Assembly: GCF_018336915.1 (NCBI RefSeq)
Contig: NZ_CP064923.1
Location: 150,001 to 182,000 of the forward strand
Length of the DNA stretch: 32,000 nucleotides
Source of the DNA: Acaryochloris marina S15
Lineage (GTDB): Bacteria; Cyanobacteriota; Cyanobacteriia; Thermosynechococcales; Thermosynechococcaceae
Direction: 5' to 3'
Both the position numbers and the translations under genes were made by a program. Below the pieces are notes generated by a model that saw only the letters and a program-made list of their open reading frames with translations, was not told where the DNA came from and made no database searches. Positions 8,138-16,736 of this stretch are shown here, in pieces (position 1 is the stretch's first letter; each line of letters begins with the position of its first letter).

Positions 8138-9552
8138 AGTTTAAACGCCTATTCCTGATCCTCTGGGCTGTCTTCACAGCCCTGATGGTTTTGATGATTC
8201 AGGGAGGAGTCACTTCTCTAGAAGCCTTCTCCCCTGACAATCGCACTGAACTCTCCGGTGGCTCGGCTGCAACGGTGAGTAAAGCCACCAAAACAGCCTT
8301 TGCCCAACCGATTAAAAATCTAGATCGGAAGCGCAGGCGGGTGTTTGTATTTGGGGATCACCTGTTCAATACCCAATGGGTTCAGGCCCCTAGTTCCGTC
8401 GCGACCTTGGATGGTTTAGGACCCCTGTTTAACCGTAATTCTTGTGCAGGGTGCCATGTACGGGATGGCAGAGGTCGTCCGCCCTTGCCCCATGAAGATC
8501 GAATGTTATCCAAACTCATTCGGCTGAGTATCCCGGGGCAAACAGAAGAAGGTGGTCCTCTTCCCCATCCTTTGTATGGAGGGCAACTCCAAGAACAAGG
8601 AATACTAGGAGTCCCATCCGAAGGCCGCACTCAGGTATCCTGGGAAGAAGAACCTGGCACCTTCGCAGATGGCAAGCCATTTAGTGTGCGACAGCCTAGC
8701 TATAGGTTCACGGATTTGGCTTATGGACCCCTAGGAGATGAGGTCTTGTTCTCGCCACGGGTCGCTCCGGCAGTATTCGGACTAGGCTTGCTAGAGACGG
8801 TTCCCCAAGCAGATATTGTGAAACAAGCTGATCCGGAAGATCGAGACGGCGACGGTATCTCCGGCCGCCCCAACTATGTTTGGGATTTTGTCAAAAAAGA
8901 TAAGCAATTGGGGATTTTAGGCTGGAAAGCCAATCAACCCAATTTAAAGCAGCAAATTGCTGGGGCCTTTAATGGTGATATTGGTCTCACTACCTCTTTG
9001 TTCCCTAAGCCCAGCTGTAATGAGGGCCAACCGGATTGCTTGAAAGAAATTAAATTTGGCGAGCAGCCCGAGGTCAGTGACGAATTCTTGGATAAAATCA
9101 CCACCTATATGAGTTTGCTGGCGGTTCCAGCCAGACGCAATATTGAGGGTGTTGCAGAGAAGCGGGGCGAAAAGCTTTTCTACCAAGCGCAATGTGCCAG
9201 TTGTCATACACCTAAGATGGTGACGGGCAAGACCTCTGAGCACTCAGAATTCAACAATCAAGTCATTCACCCTTATACGGACTTGCTGCTCCATGATATG
9301 GGGGCAGGGCTGGCAGATAATCGCCCAGATTTCGAAGCTGAGGGGCAAGAATGGCGTACACCACCTTTATGGGGAGTTGGCTTAGTTAAAAATGTGAATA
9401 AGCATACATTTTTCCTCCATGATGGCCGGGCTCGCGACTTGATGGAGGCTGTCCTCTGGCATGGAGGGGAAGCCCAAGCGTCGAAGGAGGCTGTCCTCCA
9501 GCTATCTGAAACTGAGCGGACCGAACTGATTGCCTTTTTGCAATCTCTCTAG
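8134..9552 (+). CDS. DUF1111-type di-haem c-type protein (putative peroxidase/oxidoreductase partner of imelysin-like proteins)
   Basis: 472 aa with an N-terminal signal/anchor. There are two CxxCH haem-c motifs: CAGCH (8443-8457) and CASCH (9194-9208). ATG 8134 overlaps the TGA of the upstream gene (ATGA). Confidence 0.8.
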   Translation: MKFKRLFLILWAVFTALMVLMIQGGVTSLEAFSPDNRTELSGGSAATVSKATKTAFAQPIKNLDRKRRRVFVFGDHLFNTQWVQAPSSVATLDGLGPLFNRNSCAGCHVRDGRGRPPLPHEDRMLSKLIRLSIPGQTEEGGPLPHPLYGGQLQEQGILGVPSEGRTQVSWEEEPGTFADGKPFSVRQPSYRFTDLAYGPLGDEVLFSPRVAPAVFGLGLLETVPQADIVKQADPEDRDGDGISGRPNYVWDFVKKDKQLGILGWKANQPNLKQQIAGAFNGDIGLTTSLFPKPSCNEGQPDCLKEIKFGEQPEVSDEFLDKITTYMSLLAVPARRNIEGVAEKRGEKLFYQAQCASCHTPKMVTGKTSEHSEFNNQVIHPYTDLLLHDMGAGLADNRPDFEAEGQEWRTPPLWGVGLVKNVNKHTFFLHDGRARDLMEAVLWHGGEAQASKEAVLQLSETERTELIAFLQSL

Positions 9553-9571
9553 GCCCGTTTAATCCATCTCT

Positions 9572-9610
9572 AGCTCTCAAGCGTGATCCATGCTTGAGAG
9601 CTACTTGTTT
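9572..9610 (+). terminator. Rho-independent terminator candidate after the di-haem gene
   Basis: Perfect 11-bp stem AGCTCTCAAGC (9572-9582) / GCTTGAGAGCT (9592-9602) with a 9-nt loop. It is followed by ACTTGTTT. Confidence 0.6.
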
Positions 9611-9909
9611 AGGCTGCTTTCTCGGCTAGGAGAGTTTGGCTAAGAAAGTGATAGGGGCGATGTGATACCTGGACAGGCCGAAAGGATTGCTATTGCAGTG
9701 ATTGAGGTTAGATTATTCCATTTTTTTCTACTTTATAGGGGGCAAAATTCCCCTTAAGTTGACCTTGTTTGAGGCTGGTATTAGACTGACATGCTTATCA
9801 TCATGTTGAACACTAGCCTTGGGGGAATTGCAGGTCTGATTTGCCTGAATATGACTGCTAAAGCCCCAAAAGGCTTGCTTATCTCAGTTAGTTTATTGGA
9901 TATAAGCCT

Positions 9910-10503
9910 ATGACTGCTTTGCATGCTACTTCGCCCAGCCCTTCACCAGATTTTTTACAATTCAAGCCCAGACAAGTGATTCCGGATGAATCAGCAGGAT
10001 ATTTATGGTGTATTGAGCAGGGAGTTGTTCGTACGGTCACCTGGGATGATGAAGGTGATCTAGTCACCTTAGGACTGTGGGGGGTCGGAGATTGTCTTGG
10101 ACAACGCTTTACCAGCATGGCCCCCTTTCAAATGGAAAGTGTCAGTGATGTTCAAGTTCGAGCGGTTCCAGTTGCAAGCCAAGACTTGGGATTAGTGTTG
10201 CGATCGCATATTCGCTTCATGGAAGATCTCTTCCGCATCAATAGCTATAAACCCGCTCCCCAGCGACTGCTCCATTTTTTAAGTTGGTTGAGCCATCGGT
10301 TTGGGCAACCCGTGGAGCAAGGGCAACTCCTGGATATTGGACTAACCCATCAACTGATTGCTGAGCTCACCGGGATTAATCGAATTACGGCCACGCGCTT
10401 ACTGAACGAATTAGAACGAGAGGGACAGTTGATCCGACTTCCTAAGCAACGGCTCATTTTATCGTCCACTGCTATGGGCAAAGCCCTGGGTCAGCAATTG
10501 TAA
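9910..10503 (+). CDS. Crp/Fnr-family transcriptional regulator (last 3 codons and stop supplied by the IS inverted repeat)
   Basis: 197 aa with an N-terminal cNMP-binding-like beta-roll region. The C-terminal HTH is LTHQLIAELTGINRITATRLLNELEREGQL. The final codons CAG CAA TTG TAA lie inside the IS left inverted repeat. Confidence 0.8.
   Translation: MTALHATSPSPSPDFLQFKPRQVIPDESAGYLWCIEQGVVRTVTWDDEGDLVTLGLWGVGDCLGQRFTSMAPFQMESVSDVQVRAVPVASQDLGLVLRSHIRFMEDLFRINSYKPAPQRLLHFLSWLSHRFGQPVEQGQLLDIGLTHQLIAELTGINRITATRLLNELEREGQLIRLPKQRLILSSTAMGKALGQQL
10483..10491. repeat. Target-site duplication, left copy (GCCCTGGGT)
   Basis: This 9-mer is identical to 11924-11932, in direct orientation, and immediately abuts the IS inverted repeat. 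Confidence 0.85.
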
Positions 10504-11923
10504 ATTCAAAATTTTGGCAAGCTAGGTTGTAGTCGTTGAGGATGTATTCATACACTTGCAGAGCCCCAGACGATGAATGAAGGTGTTCTAAATTTCCCTC
10601 TCTTACTGCACTGGCTACATCAGCTCATTGAGCACCTCGATGATCCACGTCAACCCAGTAATGGCACCAAATTTAGTCTCAAAGATATTGTATTAGGCGC
10701 ATTTGCTGTCTTCTTTATGCAATGTCCTTCGTTTCTGGAGTACCAACGCCATGTTCATAGTCGTCATGGTCGTGACAACGCCCAAGCCCTCTTTGAGTTA
10801 ACAGAACTCCCCACGAGCAACCAAATCAAGAATGTTTTGGACTTGATCGCATTTCGTCTTCTGTTTCCCATTTTTTATCAAATTTATAGCGTTCTCCTAC
10901 GACGAGGTTATCTAGAGCAATATAAGGTTCTAGGTGGACACCTGTTGGTAGGGCTAGACGGCAGCGAGTATTTTTCCTCAAACCGGATTTGTTGCGATCA
11001 GTGTTCTACCAAAACCCATCGGGATGGGAGTGTCACCTATACGCACACCGCCGTGTTGCCCGTCCTCGTTTGTCCGGAAATTGAACATGTCATTTCTCTG
11101 GCCCCAGAGTTCATTCGTCCTCAAGATGGTGCGGAGAAACAGGATAGTGAAACCGCTGCGGCCAAACGGTGGATCAAGGGGCATGCTCAAGGGTTTGACG
11201 GAGCCAAGATTACGGTTCTTGGCGATGACCTCTATAGCCGTCAACCGATGGTGGAGACTTGTTTAGAGGATGAGTTGAACTTCATTTTTGTCTGTTTGCC
11301 CTCCTCCCATCCAGAGCTATATGAATGGGTAGAGTATTTAGAAGGTATTGGAGATGTTGAGCATCTAGAGACTCGGGGCTGGAACGGTCGCTATCATGAA
11401 ATTTGTCAGTATCGCTATTACAATCGCATCCCCCTGCGTGAGGAGCTACCAGCAGTGATGGTCAACTGGTGCGAAGTCTCTGTTACTCGTGCTGCTGATG
11501 GAAAGACTATGTATCACAACGCGTTCATTACTCACCATTTCATCAATGACCAAAGTGTGGCCGAGATTGTCAGTGCTGGACGTGCCCGATGGAAAGCGGA
11601 GAATGAAGGACACAATGTCCTCAAAACCAAGGGCTATCACTTAGAACATAATTTTGGTCATGGTCAGAAGAACCTTGCTGCTGTGCTATTGGTACTCAAC
11701 CTGTTGGCATTCTTATTTCATACCGTCTTGCACTTGGTGGACTCCACTTATCAACGCATGCGAAAGCAACGGGGAACCCGACAAGGCTTTTTTCACGATA
11801 TTCAGACTTTGACCAAATACTTGCTCTTTGAGAGTTGGGAGCATTTGCTCCAGTTTATGTTGGATGATCCAGAGCCTCGAATAGCAGCCGATACCTCATG
11901 AAATATTGAATTTACAATTGCTG
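10492..11923 (+). mobile_element. Intact insertion sequence (1432 bp) with a single DDE-type transposase gene; family not assigned (IS4-like features)
   Basis: The terminal inverted repeats are CAGCAATTGTAAATTCAAAATTT (10492-10514) and the reverse complement of 11901-11923, CAGCAATTGTAAATTCAATATTT (22 of 23 match). They are flanked by the 9-bp direct repeat GCCCTGGGT. One 442-aa ORF fills the element. Confidence 0.85.
10573..11901 (+). CDS. Transposase (DDE superfamily, IS4-like)
   Basis: 442 aa. Candidate catalytic acidic residues lie in LVGLDGSEYF and VLGDDLYS. An R-x3-E motif lies in GRARWKAENEGHNVLK. The ORF is bounded by inverted repeats and a target duplication. The family call is from memory of similar cyanobacterial transposases, not from a search. 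Confidence 0.8.
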   Translation: MNEGVLNFPLLLHWLHQLIEHLDDPRQPSNGTKFSLKDIVLGAFAVFFMQCPSFLEYQRHVHSRHGRDNAQALFELTELPTSNQIKNVLDLIAFRLLFPIFYQIYSVLLRRGYLEQYKVLGGHLLVGLDGSEYFSSNRICCDQCSTKTHRDGSVTYTHTAVLPVLVCPEIEHVISLAPEFIRPQDGAEKQDSETAAAKRWIKGHAQGFDGAKITVLGDDLYSRQPMVETCLEDELNFIFVCLPSSHPELYEWVEYLEGIGDVEHLETRGWNGRYHEICQYRYYNRIPLREELPAVMVNWCEVSVTRAADGKTMYHNAFITHHFINDQSVAEIVSAGRARWKAENEGHNVLKTKGYHLEHNFGHGQKNLAAVLLVLNLLAFLFHTVLHLVDSTYQRMRKQRGTRQGFFHDIQTLTKYLLFESWEHLLQFMLDDPEPRIAADTS

Positions 11924-11932
11924 GCCCTGGGT
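11924..11932. repeat. Target-site duplication, right copy (GCCCTGGGT)
   Basis: Identical to 10483-10491. It is followed by TGA, the presumed ancestral stop of the Crp-family gene. Confidence 0.85.
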
Positions 11933-12048
11933 TGAATAAAAGTCTGACGAATCTTGAGCCTCTATAACCGTCCTGGCCAGCAGTTTGCTTATCCCAGTCT
12001 TTGCATCATTCTTGAATCTGTGCTTTGACGCCCAACTGTTCATTCCGT

Positions 12049-12321
12049 ATGTCAATTCTCCAGTTTTTCCAATGCCCCTACAAAACCTATCACTATCACT
12101 TGTATGACAGTCACCAGAACTTTGTGATTAACGCGATTGAGCATAGAACGGACTACTACTCTATGACCGCTCAAGGCTCTCATATTCAACCCGGTGACTA
12201 TATTGAAATTACGCAGCCTGATCAATGTGCAACCTACCAAGTCGATGACATTGAGTATTACAGTGACCCAGCCGATATGTGGATTGCCGTCTTGCATCGT
12301 TTGTCCAACGCCTTATTCTAG
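12049..12321 (+). CDS. Hypothetical small protein (no family recognised)
   Basis: Open frame 12025-12321, with the first ATG at 12049 (MSILQFF...). No motifs recognised. It is convergent with the protease gene. Coding status is uncertain. Confidence 0.4.
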   Translation: MSILQFFQCPYKTYHYHLYDSHQNFVINAIEHRTDYYSMTAQGSHIQPGDYIEITQPDQCATYQVDDIEYYSDPADMWIAVLHRLSNALF

Positions 12322-12335
12322 GGGCAAGCCCTCAT

Positions 12336-13157
12336 CTACAACTGCTCTTGCTTTACCTTGCGGGCTGTGGGGATAAACTGCAAAAATCGTTCTGCAGGAA
12401 TAGCCCAACTAGACTGTCGCATGATTTGATGGTCGACGGGATGGGGTTTGGAACCATCTACAAAAATATAAGGATCACCCCAAAGGGGATAGGCATGCAT
12501 CCCATTAATCGCAATCACCTGCCCCCAACGATTTAAGACAGGGCCACCACTCATTCCTTTCTGAATCGGATTGGTATAGCCGATCTGATAGCCACCCTGC
12601 AATACCCGATCAGAGATCAAAGAAACTTGTCCTGACGTAAAGTGAAATTGAGGTTGGCTGGTTTTAGCAATAGGAAATCCGGCAGCAAAGACAGGGACAC
12701 CGGGTACTAGGGATAGAGAGGAGGCGAACCTAGCGACGGCATAGGAAACGTCAGGACTTTGAAATTCAAGTACCGCCAAATCGTTCTGCTCCTTGTCCGT
12801 AGAAGATCTCAGATCGGCATCATAACGCTGCCCATCCGCCAGCTCCACTTGATAGCGTTTACCAAAGGCAACGACATGCTGATTAGTGATCACCGTGTAG
12901 GTCTGCCCTTGACGATGCACTAAAATCCCAGAACTCCATCGATCATCAACCCACACCGTCACCGTAATGGTTCGGGCATAACGGCGTACCCGTTCAACCG
13001 AGACGGGGTCTGGATCAGTCTTCGCTGGATCAGTCTTCGCTGGGGCTGCGAGCAAAGGCCCCCCAAGAACTGGAGCACAGAGTTCCGCACTAGGCGGTAT
13101 GCCTGGCAACCATAGCGCTATGGTGCATAGGGAATACAGACTTAACGTGGGGACCAT
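12336..13157 (-). CDS. Secreted trypsin-like (S1 family) serine protease
   Basis: 273 aa with a hydrophobic N-terminal signal. The catalytic triad contexts are TNQHVV (His), DLAVLEF (Asp) and GMSGGPV (Ser). No PDZ domain is evident. Confidence 0.8.
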   Translation of the reverse strand: MVPTLSLYSLCTIALWLPGIPPSAELCAPVLGGPLLAAPAKTDPAKTDPDPVSVERVRRYARTITVTVWVDDRWSSGILVHRQGQTYTVITNQHVVAFGKRYQVELADGQRYDADLRSSTDKEQNDLAVLEFQSPDVSYAVARFASSLSLVPGVPVFAAGFPIAKTSQPQFHFTSGQVSLISDRVLQGGYQIGYTNPIQKGMSGGPVLNRWGQVIAINGMHAYPLWGDPYIFVDGSKPHPVDHQIMRQSSWAIPAERFLQFIPTARKVKQEQL

Positions 13158-13505
13158 ACCATCTGTTACTTGACGTCTTGATCCATAAACCCAGATTGAC
13201 AGCCATCAGGGGCTAGCTGCCATCGTCCAGGGGTTGATGGTCTAAGACGATGTCGTAACATCGGATGCATCAAGATTTAGCCTCAGAAAAATCGCTCGTA
13301 ACAGTCTGGTGGCTCTGATTTATAACTTCTCTCACCAGAGGTGCGCTTTAGCATTAACGGAACTGGATAAGGGAAAATGCAGGTTAACGCTCAGCGAGAG
13401 AAGCTCTCTTGCCCAGATTCACCTGCATTTATAGCCCAAAGTTCCCAGATTTGTTGTTATCTAAACTATTCGTGGCCAACCAGTATGGGTCACGAACTTA
13501 AGGAT

Positions 13506-14111
13506 TTACCACAATCCCAAAGGCTTAGTCGCAGCAGGGGTGGTTGTAGATTTTGGAGTCGTTGATTCAATCTTGGGTTGAGGGGTGCTCTTCGTTGCCC
13601 CCGCTTCTTTCTCCACAGGTGCCTTACTCAAGAAATCTTCCATGTCAATATACACCCGAGCCGTAGACTCATTGAGAGGGCCTGATGCACCGACTCGAAC
13701 ACTGAGAAGCTGTTGCAAGGTTCGTCCAGGATTGCTGCCAGGCTTAAGGGTAAACAATAAACCACTGCAAGGACCGCCCTTATAATTGGCGACACAAACG
13801 ACAGATTGGCGATTCATTCGCCCTGTGGTCAGGAAGTTGAGGGTGTCCTTTTGATAAAAGGAGTCGAAGCGATCCGAAACCTCAGCACAACGAGCTTCTG
13901 GAGACCAGCCGGAAGCGCCAAAATATTCAGAGGTCCAGCGAATGACGGGTACATAACCTCGCTTGGTTTTGGCCATAGTCGTTGGGGTGCCACTGCCTAG
14001 GGCGCAACTGAATCGTGCCTCACCGGCTTGTGCAGGTTGAGTTCCCATAACCAAGGTTGCACCAGCCACGACGGACAACGCAATCATAGATGTGATCTGG
14101 TGGCGCTTCAT
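13506..14111 (-). CDS. COP23 (circadian oscillating polypeptide) family protein, cyanobacteria-specific
   Basis: 201 aa with a signal peptide ending AQA. The spacing of the conserved Cys residues and the surrounding sequence match my recollection of the COP23 family: RFSC...GTPTT...IRWTS..FG.SGWSPE.RC.EVS.RF...VVCVA...GPC..LLFTLKP. Confidence 0.7.
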   Translation of the reverse strand: MKRHQITSMIALSVVAGATLVMGTQPAQAGEARFSCALGSGTPTTMAKTKRGYVPVIRWTSEYFGASGWSPEARCAEVSDRFDSFYQKDTLNFLTTGRMNRQSVVCVANYKGGPCSGLLFTLKPGSNPGRTLQQLLSVRVGASGPLNESTARVYIDMEDFLSKAPVEKEAGATKSTPQPKIESTTPKSTTTPAATKPLGLW

Positions 14112-14386
14112 AATGCCTTCAAAGCCTCATTGAACGTAAGAGTTACAATTCAGGTATATCACTCCTATCCTTAGTATGGCAAAACCCAGATCACAGCTTA
14201 CTTCCCTCTGAGATCACACCGTCTGGTTTCAAGGCTTATGCCAACCGCTCTCTGCCCTTTAATTTACTACGCCAAACCTTTAAATAAGTTACAGAAATAT
14301 CAAATTCAAACCCAATTAGTTAGAACCATGCCTGATGCATTGCTTTAACAACCCTCAAAGAAAACAGCTTGCCATTTCTGGACTAG

Positions 14387-15379
14387 ATGACTGTGGAGAT
14401 GACTGTGGAGAAGACTATGCAAGGGCTTTGGTTAGAAGACAATCAACTTCAGCATCGCACTGACCTGCCGCTGCCTCAACCTCAAGCGGATGAAGCCTTG
14501 GTCCGGGTTCGACAAGCCGGAATTTGCAATACCGATCTGGAGTTAATCAAGGGCTATTACCCCTATACCGGCATTCTAGGCCATGAATTTGTTGGCCAGG
14601 TCGAACAGGGACCGGCTCATTTGCAAGGCAAGCGCGTAGTCGGTGAAATCAATGCAGCTTGTGGCAACTGCGACTATTGTCGCCGTCATTTATCGACCCA
14701 CTGTGAACAACGGTCTGTTCTAGGTATCGTCAACCGTCATGGAGCATTTGCAGAATATTTAACCTTACCCATTGCGAATCTCCATCCCGTTCCCGATCAT
14801 CTCCCGGATCAAGTGGTCACGTTTACCGAACCCCTAGCGGCGGCCTTAGAGATTCAGGAGCAAATAGCCATCTCCCCCTCCCACCGGGTGCTGGTGGTCG
14901 GTGATGGCAAGCTGGGTCAGCTGGTTGCTCAAACCCTTGCTCTTACAGGATGTCAACTTTTTGTAGTGGGTCGCCATGCCGAGAAATTAGACAATCTCTC
15001 GGTCCGCAACATTGCAACTGGATTTGAACCCGATCTCAATCAGCAGCTTCGTTCTTTTGATATCGCCGTTGAATGTACAGGTAACCCTCAAGGATTTGAC
15101 TTGGCGCGTAAGGCCCTGCGCCCCCGAGGAACGTTAGTGCTCAAAAGTACCTATGCCGAGCATTTAACCATTGACGCTGCGGCTATTGTGGTTGATGAGC
15201 TGACGGTATTGGGGTCTCGCTGTGGTCCCTTTGCGAAGGCTTTAGATCTATTAGACCAGTCGGCGGTGGACGTAACCTCCTTGATCCAAACCACCTTTCC
15301 CCTCTCTCAAGGGATTAAGGCATTTGAAGTGGCACAACAGCGGGGTACGCAAAAGGTTCTGTTATCGATCAACGATTAG
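14387..15379 (+). CDS. Zinc-dependent medium-chain alcohol dehydrogenase/reductase family protein
   Basis: Catalytic-Zn context GICNTDL...GHEFVG. Structural-Zn motif CGNCDYCRRHLSTHC. Rossmann motif VVGDGKLG. The start is ambiguous (ATG at 14387, 14399 or 14417) because of a 12-bp duplication. Confidence 0.85.
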   Translation: MTVEMTVEKTMQGLWLEDNQLQHRTDLPLPQPQADEALVRVRQAGICNTDLELIKGYYPYTGILGHEFVGQVEQGPAHLQGKRVVGEINAACGNCDYCRRHLSTHCEQRSVLGIVNRHGAFAEYLTLPIANLHPVPDHLPDQVVTFTEPLAAALEIQEQIAISPSHRVLVVGDGKLGQLVAQTLALTGCQLFVVGRHAEKLDNLSVRNIATGFEPDLNQQLRSFDIAVECTGNPQGFDLARKALRPRGTLVLKSTYAEHLTIDAAAIVVDELTVLGSRCGPFAKALDLLDQSAVDVTSLIQTTFPLSQGIKAFEVAQQRGTQKVLLSIND

Positions 15380-15431
15380 AGGCTGCTGTTCTTCTCGCTG
15401 CCCTTTTGCTGTAACGATCACAGTAAACCGC

Positions 15432-16607
15432 TTATAGCTGCAACCGAACATTCTCACCTTTGACCCAACCTTGAGCGGTCGGTTTATCCTGCACTTTGAG
15501 TGAATACCAGGCATAGCCATTGTTTCCTTTGGCCTGCTTCAGCACCTCTACGGCTTGGCCTGAGACACCGCGAATGGGCAACGCTGTCTCCTCGGTGGGC
15601 TTGGCATAAAAGGGAATGATTTGCCCTGGGGAGGCACTCAGCTTAGCCAGTTTGGGCTGGGTATAGCTCACAAGCCATCTCACCTGATCACCACGGACCC
15701 ACCCTTTGGCCTCGGCATTATCTATAAACTGGACGTTGTACCAGGCAAACCCATCTTCGCCCTTGACCATTTTAAGAAGTTCGACGTTCTGGCCAGAACT
15801 GGCCCGATATTGAGTTGCAGTTTGTTGAGCTGGGGTCGTTTGGAGAGCGACAAACACACCAGGGGGTGATGTGATGGCTCCTGGATTCTTAAGGGGAGCT
15901 GCAGAGCTTTGAGGCTGAGGCTTCTTTTGAGCATGGACTTTGACAAAGTCACCTCGCATCCATCCTTCTGCCCCCAATTGGGTGAATTTCAGTTTGTACC
16001 AGGTATAAGAATCTTCTCCTAAGGTCTGCTTTAAAATCTCAGCTTGTTCCCCCGACTTAACAGCTAGCAAAGATTTAGAGTCAGTATTAGGTTCCTCACG
16101 GACATTAATTGCAACGTCTGCGTCCTTCGCAATCACCTCTGCAGTTCGTGGGGTTTTAATGGCCGGAGCAGCGAGGGGTTTCCCTTTTGGCGTTGATGGT
16201 TTAGGGGGCGCAGATGGTGACTTAGCGGTAGGTGGAGGTGAAGACGTGGGTGGGGCAGGAGATGCGGTTGGAGCAGGAGACTTTGCTGGGGAAGGGGATG
16301 GAACAGCACCTTCTACCACACGTAATGAGGCTTCAGGAATCCAATGGTCGCCTACTTTTAACCAAATTTGCCCTTCATTACTGAAAACGCGCAGGGTTGG
16401 ATTTAGAATCACACCGGCTTTGTATTCGCCAATGACTTCACCAGAGTTTTTGGGCTGGGCAAAAATGCTGGCACCCCCCGGTTTCACTTGGACCGTCTTG
16501 GGATAGGTCAGGGTTTCAGCTTGGCTATGTCTGTGGGGAAGTATTCCCGCTAGAACTATTACTGTTCCACTTAACAGTGCGATGGACACCGATTTGAAAC
16601 GCATCAT
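15432..16607 (-). CDS. Secreted protein with four SH3b-like modules and a Pro/Ser/Ala-rich linker
   Basis: 391 aa with a signal peptide. The modules end in recurring signatures: HWIPEASLRVV, GWMRGDFVKV, GWVRGDQVRW and GWVKGENVRL. Each is preceded by (Y/F)(A/T)WY..(K/Q)(F/V). Confidence 0.75.
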   Translation of the reverse strand: MMRFKSVSIALLSGTVIVLAGILPHRHSQAETLTYPKTVQVKPGGASIFAQPKNSGEVIGEYKAGVILNPTLRVFSNEGQIWLKVGDHWIPEASLRVVEGAVPSPSPAKSPAPTASPAPPTSSPPPTAKSPSAPPKPSTPKGKPLAAPAIKTPRTAEVIAKDADVAINVREEPNTDSKSLLAVKSGEQAEILKQTLGEDSYTWYKLKFTQLGAEGWMRGDFVKVHAQKKPQPQSSAAPLKNPGAITSPPGVFVALQTTPAQQTATQYRASSGQNVELLKMVKGEDGFAWYNVQFIDNAEAKGWVRGDQVRWLVSYTQPKLAKLSASPGQIIPFYAKPTEETALPIRGVSGQAVEVLKQAKGNNGYAWYSLKVQDKPTAQGWVKGENVRLQL

Positions 16608-16736
16608 CAGAGCCGCTCCTTACGCTTGCAAACCTGACACAAAAGCCAGTCTGTCAAACTTTTGGGAGAGTTGCTAGAGAAGCACTAGAACTATTTATCT
16701 TTCTGATCTATTTTTTTGAAACCCAAAGGGTCAAGC

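Noticed and set aside
12025-14111. Small orphan ORF + trypsin-like protease + COP23 as a possible functional module next to the IS
   Set aside because: The genes lie on different strands with a 350-bp gap and there are no overlaps or shared motifs. I know of no established link between these families, so co-location alone is not evidence.
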